DNA from: Octopus sinensis
Taxonomy: Eukaryota
Length of the DNA: 8,842 nucleotides
Direction of reading: 5' to 3'
Assembly (NCBI RefSeq): GCF_006345805.1
Contig: NW_021828333.1
Span: 1-8,842 of the forward strand
Position 1 is the stretch's first letter. Each line of letters opens with the position of its first letter. The notes below the pieces were generated by a model that made no database searches, was not told the DNA's origin, and saw only the letters and a program-made list of their open reading frames with translations. Position numbers and translations under genes: made by a program. Below, piece after piece: positions 6,921 through 8,842 of the stretch.

Positions 6921-7410
6921 CAACACTACCACCGCCACCACAGATCACAGCCGTCTCACCACCTCTACCACAACCATCACCACAACCACCACCATCACCA
7001 GCACCACTACAGAAACTGCCGTTTTATCTCTAGTGTAGCATTCTTCTTCCTTCTTCTTTCTTCTCTTTCTTCTTCTTCTTCTTCTTCTTCATTGTCTTCT
7101 TTCGCTTTCTTCATCATCACTTTCTTCTTCTCCTTCTTCTTCTTCATCATCATCATCATCTTCATCATCACCTCTACCCCCCACCACCACCACACCATCA
7201 TCGTCAACTACGTCACCATCAGCATCACCATCAGCAGCAACCTAATGATCATCACCGTCGTCGTCGACAATTTCCTCCTCTTCTTCCTCATCACCACCGC
7301 CACCACCACAGCATCCTCCTCTCCACTCCTTCACTCTCCTCTTCATCTCATCCACTTCCCCTTCTCCTCTGCCACTTCCTCCTCCTCTACTCCTCCTCGT
7401 CTCCTCCTTG
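6921..7410. repeat. Trinucleotide low-complexity tract: (CAC)/(CAT)/(CTT)/(CTC)
   Basis: Direct inspection; near-pure pyrimidine (CTT)-rich stretch at about 7041-7145. Confidence 0.9.
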
Positions 7411-7510
7411 CTCAAGTGCAAGTCCCCCAATTGTCCACAGACACTCAGCCATTGTCCATTACAACACTCAATGTCCATTGGTCAACACTGGCACAACGTG
7501 TTACATCTAA

Positions 7511-7640
7511 TGGTGGTCATATTGGTGTTGTTGTTGTAGTTGTTGATGGTGGTGGTGGTGGTGGTGGTTGTGGTTGTGGTTGTTGTAGTGGAGGTGGAAG
7601 TAATGGTGGAAATGATGGTAATGATGATGGAGGCGATGGT
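7511..7640. repeat. Trinucleotide low-complexity tract: (GGT)/(TGT)/(GAT)
   Basis: Direct inspection. Confidence 0.9.
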
Positions 7641-7842
7641 ATAACACTTTGACAATCTTTGATATCTTGGCATCTGAAGAGATACGATAGTTTGACCAAA
7701 AGAACTGGCTATTGCGAGGAAAAGTATTAAAAAAAAACGCCTTTGGCCAAATTTGAACATACGACAGTTTAACATAATAACAACGCTATATATATAAGCA
7801 CGGTAAACAAAAAAAATATATTCATAGAAAAATACAAACTAA

Positions 7843-8005
7843 GAAATGCTTAGGTATTTCGTCTGCCGCAACGTTCTGAGTTCAAATTCCGCCGAGGTCG
7901 ACCTTGCCTTTCATCCTTTCGGGGTCGATTAAATAAGTACCAGTTGCGCACTGAGGTCGATGTAATCAACTTGATCCGTTTGTCTGTCCTTGTTTGTCTC
8001 CTCTA
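7843..8005 (+). mobile_element. 5'-truncated copy of SINE family A
   Basis: GAAATGCTTAGGTATTTCGTCTGCCGCAACGTTCTGAGTTCAAATTCCGCCGAGGTCGAC...TTTGTCTGTCCTTGTTTGTCTCCTCT is colinear with 141-300; the A-box is absent. Confidence 0.88.
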
Positions 8006-8016
8006 GATTAAATTTC

Positions 8017-8291
8017 GAGAGCCTTGTTGTGGTACTGTCCCTAAACATGTGCACTCAACCGTGTCAGCTTTAATTTTTTGGCACAGAAAATATAGTCGTA
8101 TAATATCAACGCACATACAAGTGACAAATATTTCTAAGGCATGATCTTTCTCTACCACAATTGACAGATAAAATTCAGATAGGCTTGATTGATTGGAATT
8201 GTCACTAGTTATGTTCACTCAACCGTAACAGCTTTAACTTGCGGCGCTAAGCATATCGTCACATGACATTATATAAACGACGCACGCACAA
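8017..8291 (+). repeat. Degenerate tandem duplication, period about 164 bp
   Basis: 8047-8073 vs 8211-8237 match 24/27; 8031-8073 vs 8195-8237 match 34/43; ACGCACATACAA (8109-8120) vs ACGCACGCACAA (8280-8291). Confidence 0.65.
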
Positions 8292-8404
8292 TTTTCGTCC
8301 ACCATTTTCACTCACTAGACAATCAATTATTTAAATGCGATTTGAGTAAGTTAAGGTAGTTAGTTCTAGGAAATCAAGCAACCACGTAGAGGCTTCCCTT
8401 TTGT

Positions 8405-8720
8405 TTCCGTGGTGGTGGTATTGATGGTGGTAATAGTAGCATTGATGGTGGTCGTAGTGGTGATGATGGTGATGGTGGTGATGATGGTTTGATGGTTGTG
8501 ATGGTGGTCTCGGTGGTGTAAAGTTCGTGGTTGTGGTGGTGGTAATGTTGGCGGTGGTAATGGTGGTGATGGTGATAATAATGGTGGTAATGGCAGGGAG
8601 TAGTGACAGTGGTGGTAGGATTGATAGTAATCGTGATGGTGATGGTTGTGATGGTACTTGTGATATCGTTGTGGTGTTAGAGGTGGTCGCAGGTGTAGTC
8701 GTCGCAATCGTGATATGACA
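8405..8720. repeat. Trinucleotide low-complexity tract: (GGT)/(GAT)/(GTA)
   Basis: Direct inspection. Confidence 0.9.
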
Positions 8721-8842
8721 ACAGTAATTAATAATTAATTAATTAATGATTTATTTACAGTATATATATTGGAGAATCTATAATTTTAATCTAAAATATA
8801 TGATACAACCGCCGTTTTAGTCTAGTGTCTAATGCAAACACG

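Noticed and set aside
7007-7699. ORFs 7007-7207, 7092-7652, 7242-7478 and 7517-7699 with poly-S/T/H/G/P/E runs
   Set aside because: Produced by trinucleotide low-complexity DNA; no domain-like sequence.
8290-8325. Helitron 3' end at CTAG (8315-8318)
   Set aside because: No GC-rich subterminal hairpin, no following T, and no matching 5' TC end.
8366-8718. His/Thr/Pro-rich and Val/Gly-rich ORFs
   Set aside because: Translations of the (GGT)/(GAT) tract.

Overview
AT-rich, microsatellite-dense eukaryotic DNA, most likely intronic or intergenic sequence from an octopus-type cephalopod. That assignment is inferred from the tRNA-derived SINE families and the density of (TA)n/(CA)n tracts. Most ORFs in the track are low-complexity artefacts. 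Supported elements are: (i) tRNA-derived SINEs of two families, including a head+body+body dimer inside an 18-bp target-site duplication; (ii) two decayed RTE-clade LINE fragments on the minus strand, one Rex3/Expander-like with a (GATG)n tail and one BovB-like; (iii) a 569-bp internally deleted mariner with TIRs, TA TSD and recognisable transposase ends; (iv) a 213-bp Tc1/mariner-type MITE. The best host-gene candidate is a minus-strand open frame at about 6590-6837. It starts at a good splice acceptor and resembles the first segment of the LIVBP/ANF_receptor amino-terminal domain of ionotropic glutamate receptors. No prokaryotic features, CRISPR arrays, rRNA or true tRNA genes are supported.
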